DNA from: an uncultured bacterium
GTDB lineage: Bacteria > Fidelibacterota > Marinisomatia > Marinisomatales > AB-629-J13
Assembly: GCA_964582955.1 (NCBI GenBank)
Contig: CAZOUJ010000004.1
Coordinates: 1 to 26,383, forward strand
DNA length: 26,383 bases
Reading direction: 5' to 3'
The notes below the pieces were generated by a model. The model was not told the origin of the DNA, did no database searches, and saw only the letters and a list, made by a program, of their open reading frames with translations. The translations under genes and the position numbers were made by a program. Positions 26,335 through 26,383 of this stretch are shown here, piece after piece. How positions within the stretch are numbered: the first letter of the stretch is position 1; every line of letters starts with the position of its first letter.

Positions 26335-26383
26335 ATCTTACAGCACAAAGTCCTCAATCTCAGTAGTCAGTAGTGGAGCATAG

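Noticed and set aside
1-26383. tRNA, rRNA, CRISPR arrays, IS/transposase, integrase, att sites, or a global UGA reassignment
   Set aside because: No cloverleaf, repeat-spacer array, terminal inverted repeats or recombinase motifs were seen by eye; many genes end at TGA with ATGA coupling, showing that UGA is a normal stop.

Overview
AT-rich bacterial window, probably from a marine FCB-group organism such as Marinimicrobia (inferred from an FlgD/T9SS-like C-terminal domain and Bacteroidetes-like catabolic genes). Left end: a 5'-truncated acidic, Cys-rich secreted-type protein, a cold-shock gene, an orphan 183-aa ORF and a stand-alone rtcB. 3435-9640 (-): a six-gene operon (DoxX, Gfo/Idh/MocA, MFS, Gfo/Idh/MocA, DUF1080, TIM-barrel isomerase/lyase) with the architecture of the non-hydrolytic 3-keto-glycoside breakdown pathway; its cytoplasmic oxidoreductase is interrupted by a single in-frame TGA. 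10148-19768 (+): a ten-gene, tightly coupled eukaryote-like kynurenine operon containing both nadC and ACMSD, plus an atypical SDR lacking the catalytic Tyr, proposed here as a candidate for the unassigned reduction toward 2-oxoadipate. 20032-26016 (+): paaABCD-G-H-I-J without paaE, paaK, paaZ or paaF. Probable gene remnants sit at each module boundary, suggesting a mosaic catabolic island. No rRNA, tRNA, CRISPR array or transposase was seen.
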